A stretch of 64,000 nucleotides of DNA from NCBI RefSeq assembly GCF_036588685.1, contig NC_086373.1, forward strand, positions 64,604,001 through 64,668,000, written 5' to 3'. Positions within the stretch are counted from its first letter, which is position 1. Each line of letters starts with the position of its first letter. The notes beneath the pieces are model-generated. The model had not been told where the DNA came from. It did no database searches and saw only the letters and a list, made by a program, of their open reading frames with translations. The position numbers were made by a program, and so were the translations under genes. Positions 24,756 to 54,600 of this stretch are shown in pieces. Origin of the DNA: Mytilus trossulus (lineage: Eukaryota).

Positions 24756-27312
24756 AGGGAAAACACCAGAAGAAGCAACAAATGATGTCATTTCCGTTCA
24801 GTTACCGAAGATAGTAAAACTGATGTCGGATGGTTTATTGAAAGTTGACAATATTGATGTATTTTGTGAGAAAGGAGTATTTGATGTTGATCAATCAAAA
24901 AGAATCCTTGTGGCTGGAAAAGATGCAGGTCTACAAATAAATTTTCATGGTGATGAACTCAATCCATTAGAAGGAGCTGAGGTATACATAATGATATAGG
25001 AACTATACAAGTCCTTGTTTTGGCTGTTAGCCTTAACGGGACTCTTTAATGCGATAAATTGAATATGACAATAATTTCAAAGTACTTTAGTTTCTCGTTA
25101 GATATAATAGGTAAGAGGGGACGACACGCTTTTGGAATGTGGGATATAGGGGTAAACATTTTGGGATAAACTCATCATAGATACCAGGACTAAATTTAGT
25201 ATATACGCCAGACACGCGTTTCGTCTACAAAAGACTCATCAGTGACGCTCGAATCCAAAAAAGTTAAAAAGGCCAAATAATGTGGGTTAAAAGTTGGGAT
25301 CTAGAGAAAAGATAGAAAAAGTTCATTACAAACGAAGTGTGATTTGGGAAATGAGCAGGAATCCGTGAAAAACTTTTATGAATCATAAAATATGTCATCA
25401 CGATCAAAAACATTTGAAAAAATCCCTTACGTTTGAAGTCAAGTAGAGAACGTAAAACAACGATCACATTCATTGCTATGAAATTTAAAAACACTCGCAT
25501 TTATTTTTTAAATCACGCTGAAAGATGCTTGAAGGTCTTCAGCAATAAACTGAATACTAAGCATCTTAAAAGTGACCAACTTTGCCATTATCGTTGGTTA
25601 TGTGTTACCAGAAACAAAGGTACCTGTCTCCTATATCCAACGCAACTAAATCTTATAGCCTATGTAATGTTAAAGCATAAGAATTTTGTATATATGGTGA
25701 TTTTGTTTTTGTTTTTTAATAACCACACAGAGGGCAACAAGAGAAAAGAAAAGCACTAAGTGGTATCGTATGCATATAATAAACCGGAATGCCGACATTT
25801 TTTGTGCAACTGCCCAAGTTTTTTCAAACTATTCTTTTTAGATGGGTGCCGAATTGGGAGCTTTAGCAATAAGCCATCTAGAGGAAATTTCAGAACAAGG
25901 AATAAGAGCAATGGTAGAAGCTGGAAGTATTGGTGTTGTTTTACCTACAACTGCATACATTCTCAGAATAAAACCACCACCCGTGAGGTTGATGATAGAT
26001 TCGGGTATGGCAGTTGCTCTTGGATCCGACTATAATCCTAATGCTCACTGCTCATCAATGGTAAGTACAACAAAAATAATTATCACTATATTAGGTTTCT
26101 ACTACAGGCTTATAATGTGAAGAACAAAAAATGAAAATGGAAATATTTTTCTTTGACTCCGACTTTAAATATATGTTTTTGGTAGGACTAGAATTATAAT
26201 TTACCTAAACTTATACCTCAATGAAAATTTTTAACTGGGATTAAGGCTAATCGTATTTTAAATTACTTAAATAGCATCTATATATCATTTGGTTTTGGCA
26301 GCCTATGGTTATGCATTTAGCATGTGTGTTGATGCACATGTCGATGCCAGAAGCCTTAATAGCTGCAACACTCAATGCTGCTGCGGCCTTGGGATTAGCT
26401 GAAACTCATGGTTCAATAGAAGTTGGTAAATATGGAGACTTGGTTGTCATTGGTGCTAATAGGTAAACTTACTTTACAGTTGAATATATATTAATAAGTA
26501 AAATACGAGGTACAGAAGTTTTGTCCATATAAGCTTTTGTATCTATTAGAATTATACACTATACAGTCAATTGAAACTGTTCCAACATTACCAATCAAAT
26601 TCAAACATATGTCATTTACTAATTTACAGACTATTTACTGCATTTATACTAGACTGAATGTTCATCAAAATAGTCAGACGGGGAGTACCCCAAAAAAAAG
26701 CACTTTGTCTTGTTTAAACTATTTTGTTGTTGTTGAATTAATGTTTTGATTTGTGAAAAACGAGAAGTTACTATTATCAAATGAAATAAAATTAACCGTA
26801 CCAATTTTCTTGCACCAGATGCGCATTTCGACAATACATGTCTCTTCAGTGATGCTCGTGGCCAAAATATTTGAAATCCAAAAGTATCTTTTTTTAAATT
26901 TAGGAATATACCTCTCTCATACAAAGCTTTATTCACTAGCCCGATTTTGGTCATTCTTATTAGGACTTTTTACTAATAAGCTCTTTGTTTATTTGAATAA
27001 GCTTGGAATTTTTAAAAATTTGGCCTTTGGCATCACTGAATGGTCAGTTCTTTTCAAAATGTGTATCTTGTGCAAAAACAGTGTTATTAAGAACTAAGAA
27101 TAGAAATGAAACAGCTCCATAACATTATTTATTTGAACATAAAACTGTACTCTTTATAGACATCTTTTATTCAAATATATTTTTTAATCATTTTCATTTA
27201 TTTGAGAATTTGTACTTTCAGATGGGAGCATTTGATATACCAGCTTGGATCACATGATAAACTTATTGACTGTGTAATAAGACATGGTGATATAGTGTAC
27301 CAGAGAGTGTGA
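24756..27312 (+). CDS. AMDHD1: Imidazolonepropionase (HutI-like amidohydrolase), last four coding exons
   Basis: GT-AG exons 24756-24981, 25842-26060, 26302-26462 and 27222-27312 splice in frame: GKTPEEA...DNIDVFCEKGVFD...INFHGDEL...AISHLEE...LPTTAYILR...VALGSDYNPNAHCSSMPMVMHLAC...GSIEVGKYGDLVVI...RWEHLIYQLG...RV*. This matches the metazoan AMDHD1 C-terminal half. Confidence 0.95.
25205..25248 (-). ncRNA. Type I minimal hammerhead ribozyme, intact core
   Basis: Reverse complement: gcgtca-CUGAUGA-gtct tttgt agac-GAAA-cgcgtg-UC-tggcgt (GUC cleavage triplet; stem I gcgtca/tggcgt). Confidence 0.85.
26812..26855 (-). ncRNA. Type I minimal hammerhead ribozyme, intact core
   Basis: Reverse complement: gcatca-CUGAAGA-gaca tgtat tgtc-GAAA-tgcgca-UC-tggtgc; same family as the 3.7-5.4 kb array. 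A decayed inverted copy lies at ~27030-27073. Confidence 0.87.
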
Positions 27313-27729
27313 AACATATGATTTTTTAAAGATCATTGTTTTTTTAAATTACATATTGATGAAATGATGAAAACATGAAAAAGGGAGATAGGTGTATGAG
27401 ACACTTCAGGATAAATGACATATTTGTAAAAACTAAGTGTCAAGAAATTGGTGCATTATGTAAAAGATTATTTCCAATTACAGTGACTTGACTGTTAGTG
27501 TTGCTATCCACCAATTGCAACTCATTCAAGTTTTGACCAAATTGCAATTTGTTTTATTAAACCAAATTGTTCAACTGGTCAGAAATTTGAACCAACTGCT
27601 GTAGAAAACCACAGTCAAGTCCCGAAAGTGCAAGGTGATAAAATAAAACATCCTTATAATCCTATAAGACTTTAACTCCACTTTAATAATGTTGTGACAA
27701 AATTAGTCTATCAGTTTGTATATGTATAT

Positions 27730-28168
27730 TATAGTCATTACCATGCTTAAGGTGAACTTGTTATTTTGAATTGCTGTAAAAATTTCCAAGCTAAGCTTTC
27801 ATATAGTTTTTTTTTTAAAAGTCTTTTATATTAATAAGAATCAGACATTATGTGAATTATATCATTTCATATTCAGTAAAATTGCAATATGTTTGAAGGA
27901 AGTTTCCATGGGGAGATAATATTTTTTTCTTTCAAAAAGTCTGTATTCAAAAGCATAATATTTTAGGTTATCTCCCCATGAAAACTTATCAATAGCATAT
28001 TGTTATTTCACACATATTTTCCTGAATATATGATGTTTTATTTAAAATGATATCTGGTTCTTATGAATATAGAATACCTTAGAAAGAAAAACTATATGAA
28101 TGCTTAGTTTGGACATTTTTATAGCAATTCAAAATAACAATTTCACCGTAAGCATGGTAATGACTATA
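27730..28168. mobile_element. Nested palindromic MITE A
   Basis: tatagtcattaccatgctta / taagcatggtaatgactata; inverted similarity runs to the centre (catgggggagataa / ttatctccccatg). Confidence 0.85.
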
Positions 28169-29103
28169 TAGTCTAGTCAATCTAGCGTAAATTTGACCCT
28201 AACCCGAAAGAAATTGCAACAGAAGATTTTTAAGTTTTAATCTTTAGCATTATACCCCAAATATACACAGAAAAAAGTCCCATAAAATATAATTTGAGGA
28301 AGACTAAAAAAATCACCATTTAAAATTCCTATGGAGATTTGCATTGGAAAGGGAAATAACTCTTGCAAAAAAAGCAGAAATATCAATAAAAATTGGTACT
28401 AAATTATAACTTTACCGCTTCTATTCATCAGAATGTATTGATTATTGATTTTTTAGCGGTCTTTAGAGTATAACAAACAACTCTAAAGGTGTTTTCATAT
28501 CTTTTATGAAGCTATAATCTAGATTTCGTAATTCATTAGTTGACCATTTATTGAATTTTTCAACATGTCAAGGTAAATAATCTCAAATTTAATAAAAATA
28601 ATTAAGCATGTTTTCTTCTTTTTGTGGTTTAAAGTTTCTTTAGATAAGTAAGTTGCTTAAAAAATATAATGTACAGATATAAACAATACCAAATTTTCAC
28701 ATTAATTTTTCAAAATAGTCACAAAGCTTCAAATTTGTAATTTCTTTAATGAAAAATGCTTGAAAAAAATAAAACTACCCATACAATTCAGTTTTGTATA
28801 TTTCATGAGCAGAATATTATATAGTTTAGTAAAATACAAACTTTTAATCCCATCGAAGTAACATACATAAATTTCATGAAAAACAACCAAAAGCTGACCA
28901 AAAAAGACTTATTTTTGCTAGAGTTATCTCCCCTTCCAATGTTAAATTCCATAGGAAATTAAAAATGCTGATTTTGAGATTTCCTCAAGTCAGATTTTAT
29001 GGGACATTTTTCTGTGTATGTAAAGGGCATAATGCTATAGATTAGAACTAAAACATTTTCTGTTGCAATTAGTTTTAGGTTAAATCTTAGTTTGACTGAA
29101 CTA
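28169..29103. mobile_element. Nested MITE B with ~210-bp TIRs
   Basis: aattgcaacagaa / ttctgttgcaatt, gtcccataaaat / attttatgggac, ttcctatgga / tccataggaa, ataactct / agagttat. Confidence 0.82.
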
Positions 29104-30423
29104 ATAATATACATATACAAACTGATAGACTGAACTTGTCACAACATCATCAAAGTGGAGTTAAAGCCTTATAGGATTGTTAGTATGTTTTATTTTATCA
29201 CCTTGCACTTTCACATTTTGACTGAACAATTTGTTCAATATTCTGACCAGTTGAACAATTTGGTTTAATAAAACAAATTGCAATTTGGTCAAAATTTTGA
29301 ATGAGTTGCAATTGGTGGAAAGCAACACTAACAGTCAAGTCACTGTAAAAAGTTGTATGGTATTTTGCATTAAAAAGTATGAAACAGATGGTAAAATTAT
29401 CTTCAGAGTTTTTGTCAGAACAGAGAACATGGTAAAAGAAGACAAAATCACATCCACAAAAACATCACTAATTAAGCAACAGGATATCCAATCATAAATG
29501 GATGGGCTTCCTTGGAAAGATGCACATTTGTGCTCCAATATAGCTATAAATAATATTTTATATCATTGGTGTTGAAATATTTGCCTCTTTTACTATGCTT
29601 TGCAGACAATTTGGTCAGTTTTAATATAAGATAGAATAAAAATAAAATAGCAAACACTATCAATCAACAGAAATAGTGAAAATAATCAGGTTTAGAATAG
29701 CTTTGTAGTTGTGTACAAGCCTCTGATCGTCATGCTTTCTGGCAACTTAAAATTCTACATTTAACATGAAAAACTGTCAGTGTTCAATTTGTATAGTTTT
29801 ATTTGTTTCTTAGCTACTTTAAGCAACTTGTCAACTATATTTAATACATAGATTGATTGTGGGGTGAATATGTGTGTCTGGCATGGTTTTCTGACCTTGA
29901 CTTCAAAGTTGTATTTCAAGTTTGGTTTATCTGACCTTGACTGTGTGCACTCTTTTATACAATAATCATGATAATGGATCAAAACCAAAAATATAATAAC
30001 ATGAAGAATGAACATAAAAGAACGTTTAAAATATTGTATTTTGTTTCAAATAAAAAACAAATGTAAGATAAATAGATTTCAATATCACAACAATTTATAA
30101 ACACCAGTGAAAGATAAAAACTTTCACAAATATTCCATTTTTATCACAATATATAAAATGCATTTTAGTAAGAATACTACGTGTTTACCTCCAAATGCAT
30201 GTGGAAACAAAATAACACATTTTTAGTTTGTAAATTAAAATTGAAGTGTACTATCACCTTGCTATAGTTACATATGAAATCTGCCACACTAAGATCAATG
30301 GCTAGAAATCATAATTGGTTTGGCTTTTCTGAACACTTATGCTATGTCTATTTGAAGTCCATCAAATTTTTATCACATACAACACTCCCTCCTTCTTTAG
30401 AATCATTGTGTCCTCATTTTATT

Positions 30424-47074
<16,651 letters not shown>

Positions 47075-47519
47075 TTTGTATTAATTCTGAAATATAACAA
47101 TATAAAATATGAAGTCATCAGGTTTATCTCATTGAAATCTGTTTTCCAATGGGATTTGTTTGTATATTTTTTTGTATCCTAGCTGCTCTACACTATTCAA
47201 TGAAGAATTATAATATCCATTCATTTTTGCTAGAACATGTACATTTTTTTTTAATGTTTTCCCATGATTCATTGCATCAAAGCAAAGAATGAATTCTGTT
47301 TCCTAAAAAGTTCGAAATATTAAAAAATAAGGACCATTTGATTCACATATCAATTAGAAAATATGTTATGTACAACTGCTGTATTTATATTACATGTGTG
47401 TCCTTATTTGGAAATCTGTGTGACCGTTGCTTGACCCTAGGATCTGCACACCTTGAACTATTGATAATCACATTATACAACAATCTCTTTTCCATTGTAA
47501 CTTCAATACTTTGAGGTCT

Positions 47520-47997
47520 GAATCTGGCATGTCAGTATACATAACTGCTAGTAGTCTGTTGTTATTTATGTAGTGTTTTATTGTCATTTTGTTTATTTTC
47601 TTTTGTTACATCTTCTGACATCTGACTTCTCTTGAACTGAATTTTACTGTGCGTATTGTTGTGCGTTTACTTTTCTTCATTGGCTAAAGGTATGGGAGGA
47701 GATCTCAAAAAACATCTTTAACCCCGCCACATTTTTGCGCCTGTCCCAAGTCAGGAGCCTCTTGCCTTTGTTAGTCTTGTATGGTTTTTAATTTTAGTTT
47801 CTTGTGTATAATTTGGAGTTTAGTATGATGTCCATTATCATTGAACTAGTATTTAAATTTGTTTAGGAGCCAGCGTCTCGGGGTGTGTGAAGTTCTCGCT
47901 GCATTGAAGACCTGTTGGTAACCTTTTGCTGTTGTATATTCTATGGTCGGGTTGTTGTCTCTTTGACACATTCCCCAATTGCATTTTCAATTTTATT
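47520..47997 (-). repeat. Dispersed repeat family B, uninterrupted copy
   Basis: Reverse complement of 11335-11555 plus 12421-12518. Confidence 0.75.
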
Positions 47998-48599
47998 GTA
48001 ACATCAAATGTTTATTATGACCTCAAAATTTTACAAAAACCGTTGTAATATTCGGTAATGGCAATCAAATCATGATTACTCAAAAGGTGTATTTTGACAT
48101 ATGATACATGTATATACAGAAAATGCAGAAAATCCAATTAAAAATATTTTTTTTCTTAGTTTTAGACAATGAAAATATATTTTGTATCCTATATAACCAT
48201 CAAGAGATCATTACATAGAATACCTCAAAGTATCTGAGCAATTTCAAATGTGTCTTAACTAAAGTCTATATGGTTTATACAAATTTATACATTAATTTTA
48301 TTTTTGTAATATCTGCAATTACTACTGGAAACCTTTCGAAAGTATCAAATAAACCTACATGTATGGGACATTAATGTATTATGTAATGTTGCTGCAGCAT
48401 TAAAGGATTTATACAAAGGCCTTTACACAAATCCTTGCTTCAGGGTAAAACAATTTCAAAGTTTACGCTTGAAAAAAGCAGAAACTACTTGCATGATTCC
48501 CAAATGTTATGAGTATTCATATCATTTATTCAAAAGAATTATTCATGGGACATTTGCATTATTATAAAAAGCTAAAGTTACCAATAAATGTAAATTCAG

Positions 48600-48685
48600 G
48601 CACCCACTGTTTACAATTTCCGTGGTTACTAACTCCGGAAGTAAATTTGTATGAAAAGGGGAAGTAAGCAATATTGACTTCCGGA
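48600..48685. promoter_or_regulatory. Putative bidirectional promoter CFAP100/RPP30 with ETS sites and an RFX X-box-like motif
   Basis: ccggaagt (48635-48642), gggaagt and acttccgg (48677-48684) are ETS cores. atttccgtggttac (48616-48629) resembles the X-box GTTNCCATGGNAAC. The CFAP100 ATG exon has an acceptor at 47087-47088, so a 5' UTR exon must lie upstream. Confidence 0.6.
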
Positions 48686-51600
48686 ATGGCTAACTTCATG
48701 GATTTCAACGTGCAGGTTAGCGAGAAGCAACCTTTAGCCAAAACACTTGCTATGGCAGCAAAATGTAAATATCATATTCTTGTTAAATCAAAATATTGAA
48801 TAAGTTCTTCACTGACAAACCTTGTGTGTTTATGAAATCAAAGCAACATAACTCCAGTTCAGTTGTCCCGACCTAGTCCAAATAAATTATGTTTTCGAGA
48901 CTTTTGGCCATACACCACTTCGGCATTGGTCGTTTCGACCCATTATTCACTTTTTTTAATTTCTGTGCCTATTAATATTTTGAATAAAAAAAAGGAGGTC
49001 AGTGTATTATCAAATAACATGGAATAAGACTGCTAATATAAAACTAATGATTTGAAAACAAAAAAATAATGTATTATTTTGCCTCCTAATCTTATAGAAA
49101 AAAACTAGGTCCCTTTGCCTGAAAACTGTTAATCCTCTTAATTTTATTGCTAGTCTTTAAAAAAAAAAAAAGGTTCATCTGTACAATTATGAATAACATT
49201 TGTAATTAAGATATATATATTTATCCCGAAATCTCGAGCTTATAAACACGAAATCCCGAAATCCTGGGCTTAAAAAATACGGAATCTTGAGGTCCTGAAA
49301 TTTGAAAAAAGAATCTGGATCCCAAAAGGGTCAATCCCGAAATCCTGAGCTTAAAAACACCCGATTCCAGAGTCCCGATAAAGGTCCTATCCCCCCTCAT
49401 ATATAGATTTCCAGAGTCCCATATTAGTGTTTTATTATAACACTTTTAAAGCCGATTATATTTAAGGGAGGCGGTGATGTTGCCTTCAAATGCTACATGT
49501 ACATCTTCATTTGAAATTTGGTGGATACATGTAGTTGTCACATTGGCATTCATATCATTTCTCCTTATTTTTCATATTTTACAGTCTAAGCGAAATTTAA
49601 GGTAATCATCGTGATGATGTTGTCCCATATTCCATGTATTCTCGAAAATGGTTTACTTTTGAAAAGTGATATCAGCTTGACATTAGACAAGGATTTGTAT
49701 AGTAAAATTATACAATGTTAAACTATGTTAGCTAATATACCACATGTACCAGGCATGCCATATGACATGTATGATGGGTTACCTGTGAAAGAGGATTTCA
49801 TATTGATTCATCAGAAAAAAAGCATAAACGAAAATGACAATAATACAGCTACCCAGCAAATTTCATCTGCAAAAATTTTTACTCTGTTGATAATCATTTT
49901 TCTTTATCATTGATCAAGGACCAGCACAATATGAAATATGGCAGCTCTTAATTTTTTTAGAATTATATTATTGTAAACTTCTAAATCTTTGAAATATAAT
50001 ATGGCTATATGTTGTTTTTTTTGTTTAAACAGTGGGCTATAGTGTTGCTGCTGTCAATCATTGTGCACCAAGTATAGACAGTATTGTAAAGAAGAAGAAA
50101 AAAGACAAAGATTATGTAAGTACATGTGCTGTAACAAATTTGTATAGATAATGTATATACACATTTGTAGATAGTAACAATTATATTCATGATATATACA
50201 TTGTACATGTGTAAAATATGTAGATTCTTGTTAGAAAATGATGGATTTGAGAAATGAGTCTTTTTTGCATCATTTACATGTAGATATGTGATCATGTAAT
50301 AGTAAGTGAAAATAACTGGATCTCAATTTTTTAATGTTTGCTGTAAATATGAAAAAAATATAAAAAATCTGTCTTAAGATTTTATAGAATTTGATTGCTA
50401 AGTACACAGTCTTTACTATGATTATATTGAACATGCTTAAGAGGCAATTCCAGAGAAAACCAGGCAGAACTTGGAAATTTTGTTCAACAGCCTTTTTGAG
50501 ATAAACGTGTTTTTGTAATGTATCCACCTTGTTTTGTTGGGAAATGACATTTTTAAAAGTCATATTGGGTTCTTATGTATAAAAAAATTAATTTGATTTT
50601 TCAGTAAATTTGACTGCTTATATAGGGAAATAGGGGTATTAATTTCTCAACAAAAACAGCCTACAATATAACAATTGATATATATTCTAAAAGATGACCA
50701 TGAATACAGCAGGAAATGATAATAACATCTTTGGTATCTGTTGATATGTAAATGTTCTAATGCAGTAAACTGTCAGGAAACAGCAGTTTACTTTCGTCTT
50801 TTTGGTGTTTAGACATACCAAAAGTGATGCTCTTCAATTTAAAAACCGATAAAGGTTGTAACCAGCTGGTAATGTTTTGACAGAAAAATGAACTTCTGTT
50901 GTATATTTTTATACATAATTGAACATTTTGATAAGATTTAAGAAAAGTACATAACTTTGTGGTGTTGGGAAACTTATTTCCCTCACCAGGAGATTGTTGC
51001 ATACATGTACGGGTGATCACTTCCAGACAGAGGCAGTTACAATATCTACGGGAATGAGGATTATTTATAAGACTGAAATTATTGTATTATTTGCTGGAAA
51101 TGTGGAATATGAGGAATTTAAAGCCATCCGTGAGTAGTTTTAGATGATTCAGCTGGACAAATGCTGGAAATTATACAGTTTTCTCCCACCTTAAAACAGT
51201 ACATGGTATATCATGGACACCAAAAGCAAACTATAAAGATCTAAATGCCATAATTTTGTGCATCTTGAAAACTGGAAAGGCGGATCACTTTGAAGCAGAT
51301 GATAGTGATAGTGTTTAAAAGAATTCTTTGCGACAGTTATACCAGTTGGAACAGGTAATAGTTTAAATTATGAAAGTTTAAAATTACTTCTAGAATAAAT
51401 CATGTGGCCCGTTGAATAATTTTAATACATCCCCCCTTTCCCTCATATTTTTAGTTACAATGTGAAATTATTCTCTGCAAATGTATGATCTGTGCTGAAA
51501 GCAATTTTATTCAATTTTATTCATCATGTTCAAACATTATTTGAATAAGATAATGATTTAAAATTAAAAAAAAATAAACTACATGTATCAGACTCAAAAG

Positions 51601-54600
51601 TTACAAAAAAAAAGAAGATTTGGTTATGATCATGATGATTGCCAATGAGAAAATCACATGTACAACTATCCTCCATATACACAACAGACCATACATGTCT
51701 GTCACCTTATTTATTATGCTTATCATTAATATGTACATGTCAGTAAGTTATGTTCATGTGCCAAAATGGATGAACATGTAGGCAAAATGTGACTTCAACT
51801 GAATACATTTGCATGTACATGTACATGTAGAATAGATAAATGTATAAAAAGATGTGGTATGAGTGTCAATGATAGATCATGATACAACTCTCCATCCAAG
51901 TCACAATTTATAAAAGTAAAGACAATCCTACAGTTATCAGGATAGTCATACATGTATGTATGTTTATGTCAGATATACATGTAAACAGTAAGCTTAATTT
52001 GTTAAAAAATCAGGAACATCAAATTTAAATTTTCTGTAATTTTGATTGCTACATATACAGTGTACCTATATATTATGACATATGAAAGACACACATATAT
52101 TGAAAAGTGATTATCATGATTACATATATATATTTATTTATGAAAATAAAACTTGTATATCAAATCTTAAGATAATTAGATTCTTAATCCACTATTTAGA
52201 TGGGATCTTTTGGGACGGCAATACCTTTGTTTCATAAAATTGTTGTTTATTGTCCTTCGTGTCCTTAGAAACTAAATTAGACATATGATATATACATGAT
52301 ACAATTGCAAGGATTTCAAACTTTTAACATTTAGTTCAAAACTGAAAAAAATATTTTAAAATTAGCACATTTTGAGATCTTGTCATTATAATTAAGATAA
52401 ATTTACATGTACATGTACATGTGTGATCCTGAAGCGCATAACATATAAGGTTAATTTGACTCAAATATATCAAGTAAAGTTGTTTAGTAATTAGTTAATC
52501 ACAATTTACCTTTCTGCTTTAAAGTGTTCATTTAGATCATTTTATACATTAACCTGTCCATTTAGAAATAGAATTAATCATACAAAAAAGTCTTGTAACT
52601 TTGAATGTTTTAATGTAGTAAGATGCTAACAGCTCATTATATATTTTCCACTGGTTCTTAAGATAAGAAAATAACTAATTTGATTTTAAACACAATTTTC
52701 CAAATTCAATTCCAAGAATAATTGATCACCTTATAATCTGTTATTTCTTTAAACAGATAAAAGATACATCAGATGACAGACTTACATATAGAGGAGCCTA
52801 TAATTAGAGAAATTGATCAACTTGATTTTGAAGTTAACCTACTGCATTAATATGAAAATTCATAAGTGAGTACCAATATCTCTTAGAGTACATTTTTTAC
52901 ATGTTTATCTTTATTTTGATACAGTACCATATGAGATACATAGATAAAGTATGTGAAATCTTAAATCCTGTAAATATACTAGACATTACATCAGTACATA
53001 ATGTAAATCAGAATAAGAATGCATAACAAATGAATTGTTAAACATTTTAATATGAACTGTGTCGGCTTAATTTAAGAACAAATTAAAACACAGATGACAC
53101 ACATATAAAAATTAATGATACCAAGTGTGTATTTTCAAGATATGCAAGAAGGGTTTTAATCTCTCACTACAAATGTATTTGAAGTCCTGAATGTGAAATC
53201 TTCTAAAAAATTATACTAAACTTCAAATATGTGTACTTGAATATATGTATATAATATTAAAATTCATCTTATTTAACATAATTAATTTAAAACATTTTCA
53301 AGCAAAAAACTGATGTATAAATGTATAGCTTGACTATTCCTTCATTTGTTTTCAGGTGACTGAGCTTAAAGAAAATCACACATGAAACTGTAACCAGTTT
53401 GGGAGACTCATACAACAGAACATTTCAATACCTATTAAGTTTTTTATGTATATGTTTGACTTTTGGTAATATTTTGGAAGTTACTTTAGTAATTTAGAGA
53501 CCTCAATGTTGAAAATGAAAATTTTGATAGAGGACAATTTTAAGAATATCAACTTAGTTGTTTATGGATCTTTATCTTTTAAAATATTACTGGGTGTCTG
53601 AAAGAATATTTCAAATTTTTCTGAAACTATTTAGATATTTATCATGTTTCATGTGTTTATATAGGCAAATATTTATACATGTCATTTATGTTATGCAAGG
53701 GTTTATATGAATTTCCAAAAAGATGTATATGTGTTGATAAAATAAGTTCCAAATTATTACAGAGTAACAAAAAATGGGATTAATGTATATTAAAACAAAT
53801 CTGTTAAAAGGAAATGAAAGGTCAAAAATTGTATTTTTTAAAATAATTGTGTTAACATTTTTGTGCTATTTAGAAATATGTACACCAAAAAAAAAAAAAA
53901 TTAATATAAGTATCAATGTAGTATGCCCTCATTATTTTTTGTTTTGTGCAGTACATGCATTTGAATCTTGATCAAAATTTATGGATTGAATTAATAAACA
54001 GCCAATTTCAAGGCTACATGTACCTATCACAGTTCTCTTTAGGCCATAATCATTGTGATGTATGGGAATAATTCTCTGTTGTCATATTCTGACTTTTATA
54101 CAAACCAAGTGATGAAGATAAAGGGTGCTTCTATTTCCAAAGGTTTTGAAGAAACTGCTATGGAACACAATAAAAATGATAAGATGTAGTATAACAGTGG
54201 CGGATCCAGATATTTTCATAAGAGGGGGGCCCACTGACTGACCTAAGGGGGGCCCACTCAAGTCACGCGTCAGTGATTCCCTATATGAGCCCCCCTCCCC
54301 CCCCCCTAAATCCACCTCTGCATAATTGTAATCAGACAACTCTCCATTAAGAGACCATACAATGTAAAAGTTTATAGTAATAGGTACAGCCTTCAATAAA
54401 GATTTAAACCACTCTGCATAATCATATTTGATTTTGCAAAAACAAAGAGCATGCTTATTTATAGATTTTGTCACTATAAATTATATATGTGCATGTACTA
54501 ATGTATTCATGTGGTGCCTGTCCTTGATTTGAAATCCCCCCTCCAAAAAAAAAAATAAAAATGGACAAGATTGATGGTCATGCCAGTTGGGAGTTCAGAA

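Larger units (their letters stand above)
27481..29345. mobile_element. TA-flanked palindromic MITE (~250-bp arms, CAGT termini, Tc1/mariner-like) carrying two nested MITEs
   Basis: ta|cagtgacttgactgttagtgttgct ... agcaacactaacagtcaagtcactg|ta; arms 27481-27730 and ~29105-29345. Confidence 0.88.

Noticed and set aside
26753-27097. 114-aa ORF in an AMDHD1 intron
   Set aside because: Lies entirely in the hammerhead-bearing repeat; chance ORF.
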